Origin: Dimargaris cristalligena
Taxonomy: Eukaryota
Assembly: GCA_003614675.1 (NCBI GenBank)
Contig: ML002219.1
Span: forward strand, 60,187-80,186
Direction: 5' to 3'
DNA length: 20,000 bases
Part shown: piece after piece, positions 1-9,772 of the stretch
Layout of the letters: each line of letters opens with the position of its first letter
Numbering within the stretch: the stretch's first letter is position 1
Translations under genes and position numbers: made by a program
The notes under the pieces: generated by a model
What the model was told of the DNA's origin: nothing
What the model saw: the letters and a program-made list of their open reading frames with translations, nothing else
Database searches by the model: none

Positions 1-44
1 TTGTCACAATGACATTATTTTAGCGCAGTACCGAACGCTTAAAT

Positions 45-141
45 TGTAGGCGGTGGGGCGATTGTAAGGAAACCGGATTCTGTGACTGTTCCAACATGTA
101 ATGACAAATCCTCCACTTTATAACCACCCCCACCGCCTACA
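45..141. repeat. Inverted repeat / long imperfect hairpin in the presumed intron
   Basis: TGTAGGCGGTGGGG (45-58) is the exact reverse complement of CCCCACCGCCTACA (128-141). Further imperfect inner pairing: 62-69/116-123, GGATT 75-79/AATCC 107-111, TGT 81-83/ACA 104-106. Confidence 0.7.
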
Positions 142-208
142 CAAATCCCTTGACAATCGTACAAACCACTAAATTGACTGGTTAAAAATAATATTTTATC
201 CCATATAG

Positions 209-1150
209 GAATACAATAAACTATTGGGCATTATTAAGCAATATGACCAGGCCAAGAAACTCAATACCGATATGAAGGCATATCTATTTGAGCTAATTCA
301 GCCAGCAGTTCGTACAGTCATGGTCCAAACCTGGATCACTTCTGTCCTAGTCAGAAATCAAATCGATGCCAAGGGAAATCCCACGAACCCCAACAGTGTA
401 CTTGGTCCATCCAGGGATTTCGCGAAAGTCCAGGTAATTGTCAAAAAATATACCGATTTACTAGATGAACTGGGCAACTCGACGATACTGACCACGGTTG
501 ACCCCCAATTGGCCCGCAAACAGACCGACTACATCTCCGAACTGTACGCCATGTTCCTTCGACTCAGCAGTCTTTATTCCCACAACCCAGCCGTCTTATT
601 CCAGGCCCTTAAGTCCGTCGACTTTACCGCCTATTTAAAAGTAAAGGCCAAGTCCGTACTGAATACCAATGAACTGGCGTATATCGAGGCGACCAAGATT
701 AGATATGTGAAAATAGATACAACCTCCCCATTGGCCGTATTTGAGCTGGGAGCCCTATTTACGGTACTGATGTTGGCCCGCGGCAACCTGTCACAGGCTA
801 ATGAAATATCCACCAAAGTAAATTGGGAGGCCAAGGAGAAGCACACTCTGGCGGCCCTGAGCTTCCTGTATCTCGGCGAATCGGGTCGTGAGGAAGATTT
901 GCGAAAACTGGTGGAGAATGAGGCGTACCTACCGTACGCCAAGATATCCCTAATACGCTGTTTTAGCTTGAGTGGATACGCACAAGCTAGTCGGTTTCTC
1001 GAAAAAGTTCTGCCGCCGCTTCCCACCGATCATGCGAATTGCCCTGATCTCCGGTTCCAAATATTCGAAATTCTCAAGTCTGTGGGATCCACCACTGGGG
1101 AACTGAAAAACAAGGTGGATATTTTGTACAAAGAGGTTCTTATGCACTGA
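209..1150 (+). CDS. Terminal exon of a hypothetical, predicted alpha-helical protein; the 5' part lies outside the window or in unidentified upstream exon(s)
   Basis: Open frame of 313 codons ending in TGA at 1148-1150, with normal globular composition. The ORF-track start (224) is TTG. The frame opens immediately after an AT-rich tract ending in CATATAG (AG at 207-208), which looks like a 3' splice acceptor and gives EYNKLLGIIKQYDQAKK. No family recognised. Confidence 0.65.
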   Translation, partial: EYNKLLGIIKQYDQAKKLNTDMKAYLFELIQPAVRTVMVQTWITSVLVRNQIDAKGNPTNPNSVLGPSRDFAKVQVIVKKYTDLLDELGNSTILTTVDPQLARKQTDYISELYAMFLRLSSLYSHNPAVLFQALKSVDFTAYLKVKAKSVLNTNELAYIEATKIRYVKIDTTSPLAVFELGALFTVLMLARGNLSQANEISTKVNWEAKEKHTLAALSFLYLGESGREEDLRKLVENEAYLPYAKISLIRCFSLSGYAQASRFLEKVLPPLPTDHANCPDLRFQIFEILKSVGSTTGELKNKVDILYKEVLMH

Positions 1151-1621
1151 CAATCGCTCGTGATCAATGGTAGCTATAGACTCCTATATTTAAGAACATC
1201 CACTAGTGAATCAGTCGACTTGGGCGTTTTAAATGACAGCACCAAAATGGCCATATGAATAATACCCCGCTAAATCCCAGCCTTATAGCAATGCACCTTG
1301 TATTAAAGGTCAGTCAAACTTACTAACAGATAAAGCCACGATTTGTATGCATAACATATGAGTCGGATATTAATTAGTCTACATAATATTTAATAAAAAT
1401 AATATTAGGGTTTGGTTATGATAAAATAATACATAAATGGGCTGTATTTTTACAATTACCAACCTAAAGAGAATCTGGAAGCAGCTATAATTACCGAAAT
1501 ACCTTTGTGTAAGCTACAGGATAGTATATAAGCATCAATTGACTAATACAATGGAGTGATATGTGATCCGGGACCTACTTCCCACTAAAATAGCATACAT
1601 TTCAATCATAATATACAATTA

Positions 1622-2931
1622 TATTAGTTGCTGATGACCGTGTGATAGAAATTAGCAAACTATTAGTATTTAACCAGTAGCATCTTATATAGTAAATAAA
1701 TTTATATTTAGTAATACTATGATATCATTGCCAATAGCTTCAGAATATTTAAACTACTGCAGCCCCATGATACATGGGTTAATCATTCTTGGTTCATCAG
1801 GAGTAATAGGGATAGGCTTCCCACAGCAGGGTTAGTTTAAGCTTAGCCAAGGGGTTACTAGTGCTAGGTATAAAGGTATAGTACTAACTCATAAAGGCTA
1901 GGGGCAATATATATACAAGGGATATATAGAGGGATATACTTACTGGTCAGTATAAGGGGGAGTGAGTATATATAGGGGTTTATTGGATAAATAGGGGGTA
2001 AGAAATAAGCTAGGTAATTTAACCAGTCCCAATAGGGCCCAGTTATATATATATATAGGGATGCCTCTAGAGGGAGGACCTAAGAGAGATGCTACTAAGA
2101 CTAATAGATAGGTAAATAAGTTGACTAGATAGCCACTAGTATTTGGAAGACTCAGATGGTAACTAGAAGAGTCTAACAGATTAGTGTTTAAGTAATTAGT
2201 GTAAAGAGGTGGAGTCCAAGTAGGGGGGAAAGGTTATATGATACTGGATGATCCCATGGTATAGGATATAACCATGGGAAAACTAATATAGTGTTGTAAG
2301 ACCTAATATAGTCAGATGTCTAAGCTAGCCAGATTAAGGTGGATTAGATGGTATGACAAAAACCAAATGAATGGTTATTAGGTATATTACCTTTTAACTT
2401 TTGAAGGTCTATATTTCTTAAGCTATGATATTAGCTCACTATTACCCTCTATAGGTGAGGTAGGCCAGCTTCTCCACCTTATACTATAGGATATTTTTTT
2501 TAAAAAAAAATAGACTGGATTAATTTTTTGCTAAGCTAATAGGCCAGCAGCTTCAAAGGGGGGGATTAGTCTAGGTATGCCTCCTTGGTGATACCCACAT
2601 CCTACACCACAATATAACATACATAGGAGGCCAGGCATGTGGAATAACCAACACCTTGGCTAAATGAGCTGGGCTGGGATGGACATTCCCAATCTCTGCC
2701 ACCACTATTATAAAATCTGGACTTGCTAATGGAGATATGGTTTACTTACCTGGGTTAATGGCCATAGAGATTCATGTTCAATATATCTCCCATTTCTATT
2801 TTCATTGTTAGTGTATTGAGGCTGAATATATATATATATACTATCCCCCAAGTTACTAATTAAATATGCTGCAGCAATACCCTAAGCAACAATAGATGAT
2901 GAAACAACTACAATGTCATAAAAGAGTCCCC
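1622..2931 (+). pseudogene. Heavily C->T/G->A-mutated repeat relic, possibly a DUF3505/OrsD-like zinc-finger ORF of the kind found in fungal RecQ-helicase-associated elements
   Basis: No CpG between 1641 and 2931, and visibly TpA-rich. One frame (codons starting at 1817) reads LPTAGLV*A*PRGY*C*V*RYSTNS*RLGAIYIQGIY, a C2H2-like pattern if TAG/TAA<-CAG/CAA and TAT<-CAT. The same frame later reads KPNEWLLG and PTPWLNELGWDGH (2648-2686). Family assignment is from motif resemblance only, and boundaries are approximate. Confidence 0.35.
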
Positions 2932-3446
2932 CGTATTAGGGTTTTAATGGTGGCTGATGGATAATTTCGACCCAATAAAAAGGTACCATTAATGCAAGTA
3001 TACAACTGCAGAAATCCAATCCACTACATTACCTGATAATTTGATCAACCTGTCCTAACTAGGTCTAATAATAAGTTATCAGTGCCCAGAACATTATACC
3101 CTGTAATCCCAAATCTACATAATTATTTTCCACAGTAACCACCGCGACTCCTATCGGTGATTAGAACCAATCACCAATTACAAACCAGTTGGTCAATGGA
3201 GATGTATACAATGTATTAGTCGAATACATGAACCTATTAGTAATGAACAACAAATGTAAAATCAATAAATAAAAGGGGGAGAGCAAAACCCAAAGCTGAG
3301 AGAGAGAAATAGTGTGTGTGTATAAAAAGACAGGCATCAAACAGATGGGCATTAAAAGAGAGCAAAGGTGGATGGTTGTGTTGTAAAGTGGACATAAAAT
3401 GACGGTCAAGCAACACTCGTGTACAGATGGCGGAAAACAGGCGCTA

Positions 3447-3482
<36 letters not shown>
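3447..3482. repeat. Compound microsatellite (AT)n(GT)n in the INCENP 3' region
   Basis: Seen directly: ATATAT... followed by GTGTGT... Confidence 0.9.
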
Positions 3483-3795
3483 AGGATAATTAGGGGTCGG
3501 GGTGAAAGGGGCGCTGAACAACACAAGAGGAATGCATATATGTATATATGGATAGATGAAGGAATGAATGCACAGATGGGCAGCTAATGTATCAATACTT
3601 TCAATGCAATATCAAATAAGTAAAAGTAGCGGGGAAAGGGAGTTGGAAGGGAAAGCCATCGTAGGGAATACCAACATTAAATAGCAATTATTAATTTAAC
3701 ATTAAAAGTATTTATAAATATTAAATAGATTTGCTAGCGCTAAATTGCTAAAGAAGATTAAAAATAAGCCCCCCAAAGAAGGGGGGATATCTAGA

Positions 3796-6700
3796 TTAAC
3801 GATACCCCATCCGCTTCTCATACTCCAACTCCTCCCGCGTGGTCAGTTTATCCGTGCCCACCCAATTGGCCGAACTCGTACGCACCCGGTACCTCCGGTC
3901 CCGTTTTTTGAAGATTTCCTCCACCATAATGGGTTTGATTTTACCAAAGACCAAATCAGGGTTCATTGTACTCTGTTTCAAGAGAGCCGCCCGCACGGCC
4001 GGACTGGAGGCCCATTTGGGAACCCGGGGGGAGGCCGCCTTGTTCCGACCGGAGCCACCGTTACTTCCGGAAGCGGGGCTGGAGCTGTAGTCGTATTCGT
4101 CTTCATCGTCGCTGTACTCGTCGGGGATTTCCGGCAATTCATTATTAGGTCCCAACACGGTGGTGAACTCTTCGGAGGGGTGAGCTTTCCGTGAGGACGG
4201 GGCGGGCTTGGTTTTTACCCGAACGGCGGTGGTAGGTACCTCGACCGGTTGCGGCAGCTCCTGTGATGGCTGTGCCGTTGGTCGGTGGGTAGGCGAAGTA
4301 CGCGCGGTAGAGGTAGTTATCTCAACCGAGGATTGGGACTGGTCATTCAACGAGGCGTAGGACGCCGACATCTGGGAGGAGGTGGACACGAATGATTCTT
4401 GGCCCGACTCGTCACTATCGGCAGCAGCATCACTGTTCCGCAGAGGCACCATAACATCCTGGTAGGCGGTAATCACTGCGTTCTTGTGCTTATTAAACGA
4501 TGTAGGGGCAAATTTCTTGGCCCGATCCGATAGCGGCGTGTTATAATCATCCGGGGAGCCCCCCGAAGGTGGTGGGGGTGGAGTAGCGACTTGTCCTCGT
4601 AGTTGAGAGGGTAGTGATTCAGAGGAGCCCGTAGTCGCTGTACGAACATGGGCCGGGTTCGGCTTGGCAGTGGGCGGGGCGTTAGCTTTAGTAGTCGTGT
4701 GAGCCTTGGGGTTAAGGGACTTGAAAACCGTCCGAATTCCTTCGGTGGGTTTGGCAACGGGAGCGGGCCGGGCGGGAATTCCCGTTTTGTTCGCCAGGGG
4801 ACGTCCAGACGGATCCCTAGAAGCCGTGGAGGAGACAGCGACCGAGCCCACCGAATAAATGACCGTCCCCTTGGTAATCGGGGCGGTTTCCTGGGGGCTG
4901 GTATCTGGTTTCTGAACAGCTGGCTTATGGTTAGTTATGCGTTGACGATAGGACTGAATATCAGTAGGCTGCGGGGTAAATTTAGACTTGCTGGTGACGG
5001 GATTCGAAATAATCCGTGTACCGGGGGCAACATGGGGTTGGGCCCCCTGGTTCGCCCGGGCGCCCGCCGTAGACTGGGTAGTGGCGAATAATCCCACGTC
5101 GGTCCGATGAGGTAGTTTGGTGTTGGTGTTGGGTTTCGTACCCGGGTTGATATTAACCGGGGCAGTCGTCGCAGTCGTACCACGGACGGGGTTGGTCACG
5201 GTCCGGGTAGGCAGGCGCGAGCCCATCCCCAATGAGGACGCCAGTAAGGTCGAATTGGACGGAACGGGGGTGACCACAGCCGGAGCAGGATCGGACGACT
5301 GGGATGAGGATGAGGATACGGTGGTCAACTTCATGGCCGATAGGAGCTTCTGGACAATGTAGTTGCCACCCGCGAAGGGTGCACTCAAAGCACTAGCCAG
5401 AGCCCCCGGTGTTCGCAGGGCCGATTGACTTCCCTCGGGCATCAGCTTAACCGGGGCTGTTTCCTGGGGGGTGGTAAACACTTCGGTGGATTTAGGGCCA
5501 GTTTGGTTGGGCGGGGTTCGGACAACCAGGAAGGGGTCATCTAGATCGGGATAGCCAGCTGGTGGGGAGAGCATACCGGTCGCGGGGACGGGGGAAGTCG
5601 CGGCTGAGCTGGGAGTGGTGGGGTATGTAAGGGTAATGGGTGCAGTGGGTAAGGGTGAGGGACCGGACTCGCCGGACTGGTGATGCACCGGAGCGGAAAC
5701 CGGACTAGACTCAATCAGCATAGAGGAGGAAGCGGCGTTGGCCAATACGTGGGCAATCGATGGGCTTGTTTTGCGGGTCACATTTAATAACACTGGTGAA
5801 CCTGGCAAGGCCAACCGAGCCACCTTGGGTGATCTAAAGGTCGAGGTCGGCGAAGTCTGGGCGAAAGGGCTGGGTAGCGGCGAGGCAGGAACATTTACCC
5901 CACTAGGCTCGGCTTCCAGCTCCATTGGAGCTAAAGATTGAGCCACCAGGGCCGCCGGTTTGACTAGCTCCTCCGTAATAGCCAGTGGCACCTTGGGCGA
6001 AGCGGACTGGGGAGCTGGTACAAGCTGGCTGATGGCCGGGGAGGGGTCAAGTGGAGCACTGTCCACCACCATGGACTGGGACTGCGCTAACGGAGGGGTA
6101 AATAGGCCAGGTGACATGATCGACGGGCTTGATCCGGCTAGGGGCGGCTTCACCGCCGGACGCAGTTGCTTAAGGGCCTTGCGAAGCCGTTCGGTACCGG
6201 ACAGATACTCTTCTTTGGTTTTCTTGTCGAGACTGAGGTTATCGATGCCCCGGGGGTGAGGGGACGGGGCAGTCATCACCGTGGGTGGCTTGGAGGCGGT
6301 CCCCGGGGTGGGTACAGATGATGGTTCCTCTTGGGGTAAGGGAGCGGCAGTTGGCGGGTTGGCGGCCGGACTGGCCTGATTCACCGTCGCGGGTGATAGG
6401 GACGCGTTGGTGATTCGGCTATGCAGTTTGCGAGAGGATTTACGGGCACCCTGCGACCGACCATCCCGGGGTGGGGCGGGTTGGACGGTCGTGACGGAGG
6501 AAAGGGATGGGAAATGAAGGTGAGAGGGACCCGCGGGGTCATTGAGCCGGCTTTTCTTAGCAGACGATGGCCGCCCGGTGGGGCTGGCCGGCTCTTCGGT
6601 TGATTGGATCTGGTCATCAACCTGTGGCCGAGGGGATAAACTTGCCGTGACCGACAATGGCGCTGTGGGCGCGGTGGTCGGATCCACCAAAAAGGCAGTG

Positions 6701-7512
6701 GTCAAAACCTGGGACTGGTCCAAAAGCATCGCGTAGGGAGGGGGGTAATCGTCGGCCAAGGGCACCTCGTGTACGGTATCGGAGGTGGACATGCGCGATA
6801 TCGATGGAATATCAAGCACAAAGCTGGGGCCATTACCAGCCAACGCAGGACTGAGTTGATCATGGAGGAGGGCCAAATGATTAACGGGTACTTGAATAGC
6901 GTGAATGGGCGATAAGTTGGATACAGCTAGATCGGTGACTATGTGGAACTCGTGGTTGCGGGGGGAGGAGGTGTGGGTGAGGTGGACGGGGGCTGATGAA
7001 GCAGCCGCGGCGGCGGCAGTCACCACCGATTGATCCACGAAATCAGAGGGCCGGGAGCCCTTCTGAACGGTATCCAAGCACTGCTGGAACAAGTCGTCCA
7101 ATTTCCCGTAAGTCATGACCGACTCCGGGGGCCCTACGCCGACTTCCACCGCTGCGAGCGTAGGGGTTCGGGTCATGGGGTGGGCGTAGAGGAGAGCCTC
7201 CGCCGCGGCGTCTTCGTGGATGCTCTCCAGTATACGGGATTCCGAAAAGACGTCCCGCACGTGGGGTCGACTAGATAGGACCGAGGAACCCCCGGCACCC
7301 TCCCGACCGGACGGGGTTTTGAGCACGCGGGACACTACGGATTCCTGCTGGACACTGAAAATGCCGGAGTAGTAGTCCTGCAGCCAGGCCATGTTGTCTT
7401 CGAATAAGTGGCTGAATTCGGAGAATTTGTCGTCGCATAGTTGGGCGTATTTGCGCTTCTGGGCCAGCGGCCACTGGGCCTCGGCGGGTATTGGGATTTG
7501 GTCGGCCAACAT
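3796..7512 (-). CDS. INCENP: Inner centromere protein (INCENP/Pic1/Sli15), chromosomal passenger complex scaffold, 1238 aa, intronless
   Basis: C-terminal IN-box (Aurora-binding): ELPEIPDEYSDDEDE...VPKWASSPAVRAALLKQSTMNPDLVFGKIKPIMVEEIFKK...RTSSANW...DKLTTREELEYEKRMGY, including the TSS motif. N-terminal helix QLCDDKFSEFSHLFEDNMAWLQDY resembles the survivin/borealin-binding helix. Long P/S/T-rich disordered middle with many S/T-P sites. Confidence 0.92.
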   Translation of the reverse strand: MLADQIPIPAEAQWPLAQKRKYAQLCDDKFSEFSHLFEDNMAWLQDYYSGIFSVQQESVVSRVLKTPSGREGAGGSSVLSSRPHVRDVFSESRILESIHEDAAAEALLYAHPMTRTPTLAAVEVGVGPPESVMTYGKLDDLFQQCLDTVQKGSRPSDFVDQSVVTAAAAAASSAPVHLTHTSSPRNHEFHIVTDLAVSNLSPIHAIQVPVNHLALLHDQLSPALAGNGPSFVLDIPSISRMSTSDTVHEVPLADDYPPPYAMLLDQSQVLTTAFLVDPTTAPTAPLSVTASLSPRPQVDDQIQSTEEPASPTGRPSSAKKSRLNDPAGPSHLHFPSLSSVTTVQPAPPRDGRSQGARKSSRKLHSRITNASLSPATVNQASPAANPPTAAPLPQEEPSSVPTPGTASKPPTVMTAPSPHPRGIDNLSLDKKTKEEYLSGTERLRKALKQLRPAVKPPLAGSSPSIMSPGLFTPPLAQSQSMVVDSAPLDPSPAISQLVPAPQSASPKVPLAITEELVKPAALVAQSLAPMELEAEPSGVNVPASPLPSPFAQTSPTSTFRSPKVARLALPGSPVLLNVTRKTSPSIAHVLANAASSSMLIESSPVSAPVHHQSGESGPSPLPTAPITLTYPTTPSSAATSPVPATGMLSPPAGYPDLDDPFLVVRTPPNQTGPKSTEVFTTPQETAPVKLMPEGSQSALRTPGALASALSAPFAGGNYIVQKLLSAMKLTTVSSSSSQSSDPAPAVVTPVPSNSTLLASSLGMGSRLPTRTVTNPVRGTTATTAPVNINPGTKPNTNTKLPHRTDVGLFATTQSTAGARANQGAQPHVAPGTRIISNPVTSKSKFTPQPTDIQSYRQRITNHKPAVQKPDTSPQETAPITKGTVIYSVGSVAVSSTASRDPSGRPLANKTGIPARPAPVAKPTEGIRTVFKSLNPKAHTTTKANAPPTAKPNPAHVRTATTGSSESLPSQLRGQVATPPPPPSGGSPDDYNTPLSDRAKKFAPTSFNKHKNAVITAYQDVMVPLRNSDAAADSDESGQESFVSTSSQMSASYASLNDQSQSSVEITTSTARTSPTHRPTAQPSQELPQPVEVPTTAVRVKTKPAPSSRKAHPSEEFTTVLGPNNELPEIPDEYSDDEDEYDYSSSPASGSNGGSGRNKAASPRVPKWASSPAVRAALLKQSTMNPDLVFGKIKPIMVEEIFKKRDRRYRVRTSSANWVGTDKLTTREELEYEKRMGYR

Positions 7513-8062
7513 GGGGAAATAGGATAGAGGGACGAGATATACGTATATTATTACTATTCAAAGTATAGGAACCTCGCAAAAATAAGAAGACACGCGCACT
7601 CCCTCGGGAAGCGAGAAGAAAAAAATAAGAGACAAGCGCGGTGCTGAAGGTGAAATCACCAAAAACAACCGGCGGGCTAATGGACCAGCAGGTGGGAGTG
7701 GTTAGACTATATGCGCATATATAGGGATACAAGGGAAAGAATCGAATAGAATTGGTGGCAAGCGTGCTGTACAATAGGAACGGGCCAAAGTAGACAAGGA
7801 GAGAGTAAGCGATAAGCAGATAAGTAGAGTCGCGGAGTTTGAAAAGGATAGAGCGGAGGACGAGGACTGGAGCAGCTGTATTGTAGAAGGGATCGGTCAA
7901 GAACAACTATGGATAGGACTATGCGAGAAAAGTAGAAGAAAGGGAAGAAGGAGCCCGTTTCAGGGGGGGCACTCTGGGCAGTGCAGTAAAAGTAGTCTTA
8001 TTAGAGGGAAGGGTTCATAAGGGGAAACCCAAATGCATCAACGTGTCCAGGAAACCAGCCGT

Positions 8063-8171
8063 GTAAACAACATCATCAACCGCCAATCCTTCTCCCTCAT
8101 CTACACATTCACTCCAACCAGGTCTCCCACTTCCGAACCTAACGACGAAGGGGCCCTGCAAATATAAACAA
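8063..8171. promoter_or_regulatory. Two forkhead-type motifs in the INCENP/CAF1 divergent intergenic region
   Basis: GTAAACAA at 8063-8070 and ATAAACAA at 8164-8171, upstream of the pyrimidine-rich INCENP leader. Both match the RYAAACAA forkhead consensus. Short motifs, function unproven. Confidence 0.35.
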
Positions 8172-9772
8172 CCCATCCATCGGGGGGGCTACATCAACTT
8201 ACCGAACACGTGATCGATCGCCCTAGCCAACGAAGGGAGAGGAGGGGGGACTGTGGGGGACGAAGAGATTCGCGAGCCGGCTGTTTCGTCTTCTTCTACC
8301 CTAAAAGCTCCTTTTACGCCACTGCCACCATCATTAGCCCGCTAGAACCACAAACACCTCATTGGGCCCCGAGGGAAACTGTGTCTCTCTCCGACCACAC
8401 TCCGCTCGCCTTAAACTGCAGTATATCGCACCCCGGCGGCTGTTCCGGGTGCTTAATGGCACCGCGGCTTAAGCTTGACGGTTGAGAGTCATCTTGCCGG
8501 CTCAGGGAGATTGCATTGGTTGGTTTCGGGTGGATGCCCCCTCCCCCTTTTCAATGAAATACATACGATGGATTTTGCATTAACTGGTATAAGGTATATC
8601 GCCCAGCCCGAGCTAATACTTTCGCCTACATTAGAAATGAAACATAAATCTATTATTAAAATGGCCGAATCGGATGAGCCTTGTTTCAGCGATATTCCCA
8701 AATGGTTAGAATTACTTTCGTTCCGATTGTTGGGAGCGACCCTTGAAGAAGACGGGTGTGTATTTAATTACATTAGGATTTATTGCAAATAGCCGGTGGT
8801 AATAAAACCCCATTTAGTCGTGCGGAAAATCAAACCACCCCAACTTGTTTCTAGAAATATACCTAACGAATAGATTGAAAAACCCCTTGACATCAAAAAT
8901 CCAAGTACTTTCTGGTACAGTTCAGCCTTATTTATATGTACTGGGGACGGGAGCCCGGGCGTTTATATTGCTGTTAGAATATCAACTGTGGACCATAATT
9001 GTATCCAGCTAATCAATTGAATGATATAATACTAGGGTGACATGCCTTAAAAAAGACTTCACAATTTTTACCCAATCCGCCATCCACTACACAATAGCTG
9101 AACTACGCCATCAGTTGATACGGATACGAATAGGCTAGACCAAGGGCAATGATCCACACATGGCCTGTGTCCCCCCATGATATTGGTACAGCTACTTATA
9201 CGCGTTCTTTTTCCTAAGCACCACCACCGCCAGAGTTACTGCTAAAGCCGCTACTACCAAACTGCCCTTCGATTAACCACCCAGGCTACCCTTTCCTCCC
9301 ACCATATGTGGGATAAGTTCATTCAGGCTGTATAATGAAAAATCCGTTGGATGGGGCCAATATTACTGGCTAAAAGCTATTCTCACATATATTCGCCCGT
9401 ACACGTATTATGTCAAACCTTATACAGCTGGTTTGAATTTCATCCATATTCATACAGCTGTGTTGTTCCCGCCTTCGGGATTTACCGTCCTAACTACTGG
9501 TTCATCCATGTACTCTCGTGTCTCCGATTCCAGTCACCGCATGCACTTACTTTGCTTCTTGTTTTCCTATACAATCCCTTTTCCCTAACTTACCAATTTG
9601 TTTACCACTCTTTACACCCCTCCCCCACTTGCCTTCGATAAACCCACTACGGCTCTTGTAAATACTGCAGTCTCCTCCCTTTGCGTTTATCCCCCCCCAC
9701 ACTCTCTCTCTTTCTCGCACCATTCTCCATCTCCACCCTCTTGTGTATAAGCGCTTTTGACCAACTGTCCGT

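Noticed and set aside
2252-2279. 9-bp inverted repeat TCCCATGGT/ACCATGGGA
   Set aside because: Short and internal to the relic, and not followed by a CTRR end, so it is not supportable as a Helitron terminus.
1403-2944. 11-bp direct repeat TATTAGGGTTT (1403-1413 and 2934-2944) with a TTAGGG core, bracketing the CpG-free relic as a possible target-site duplication or telomeric seed
   Set aside because: One 11-mer match within about 3 kb of AT-rich DNA is expected by chance. There are no TIRs inside it and no tandem telomeric array.
3745-7278. Many short antisense or alternate-frame ORFs within INCENP (and similarly within 15705-17396)
   Set aside because: Shadow ORFs of GC-rich coding sequence.
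7831-7843. CDE/CHR-like CGCGG..TTTGAA upstream of INCENP
   Set aside because: The spacer is shorter than the canonical one and the site appears to lie within the transcribed leader. It is too short to support.
7271-7906. 211-aa minus-strand ORF overlapping the INCENP start
   Set aside because: It starts at TTG, runs through the pyrimidine-rich leader, and has no protein-like features.
8210-8792. ORFs 8210-8485 and 8475-8792 in the divergent intergenic region
   Set aside because: Non-ATG starts, short, no recognisable motifs or splice structure.
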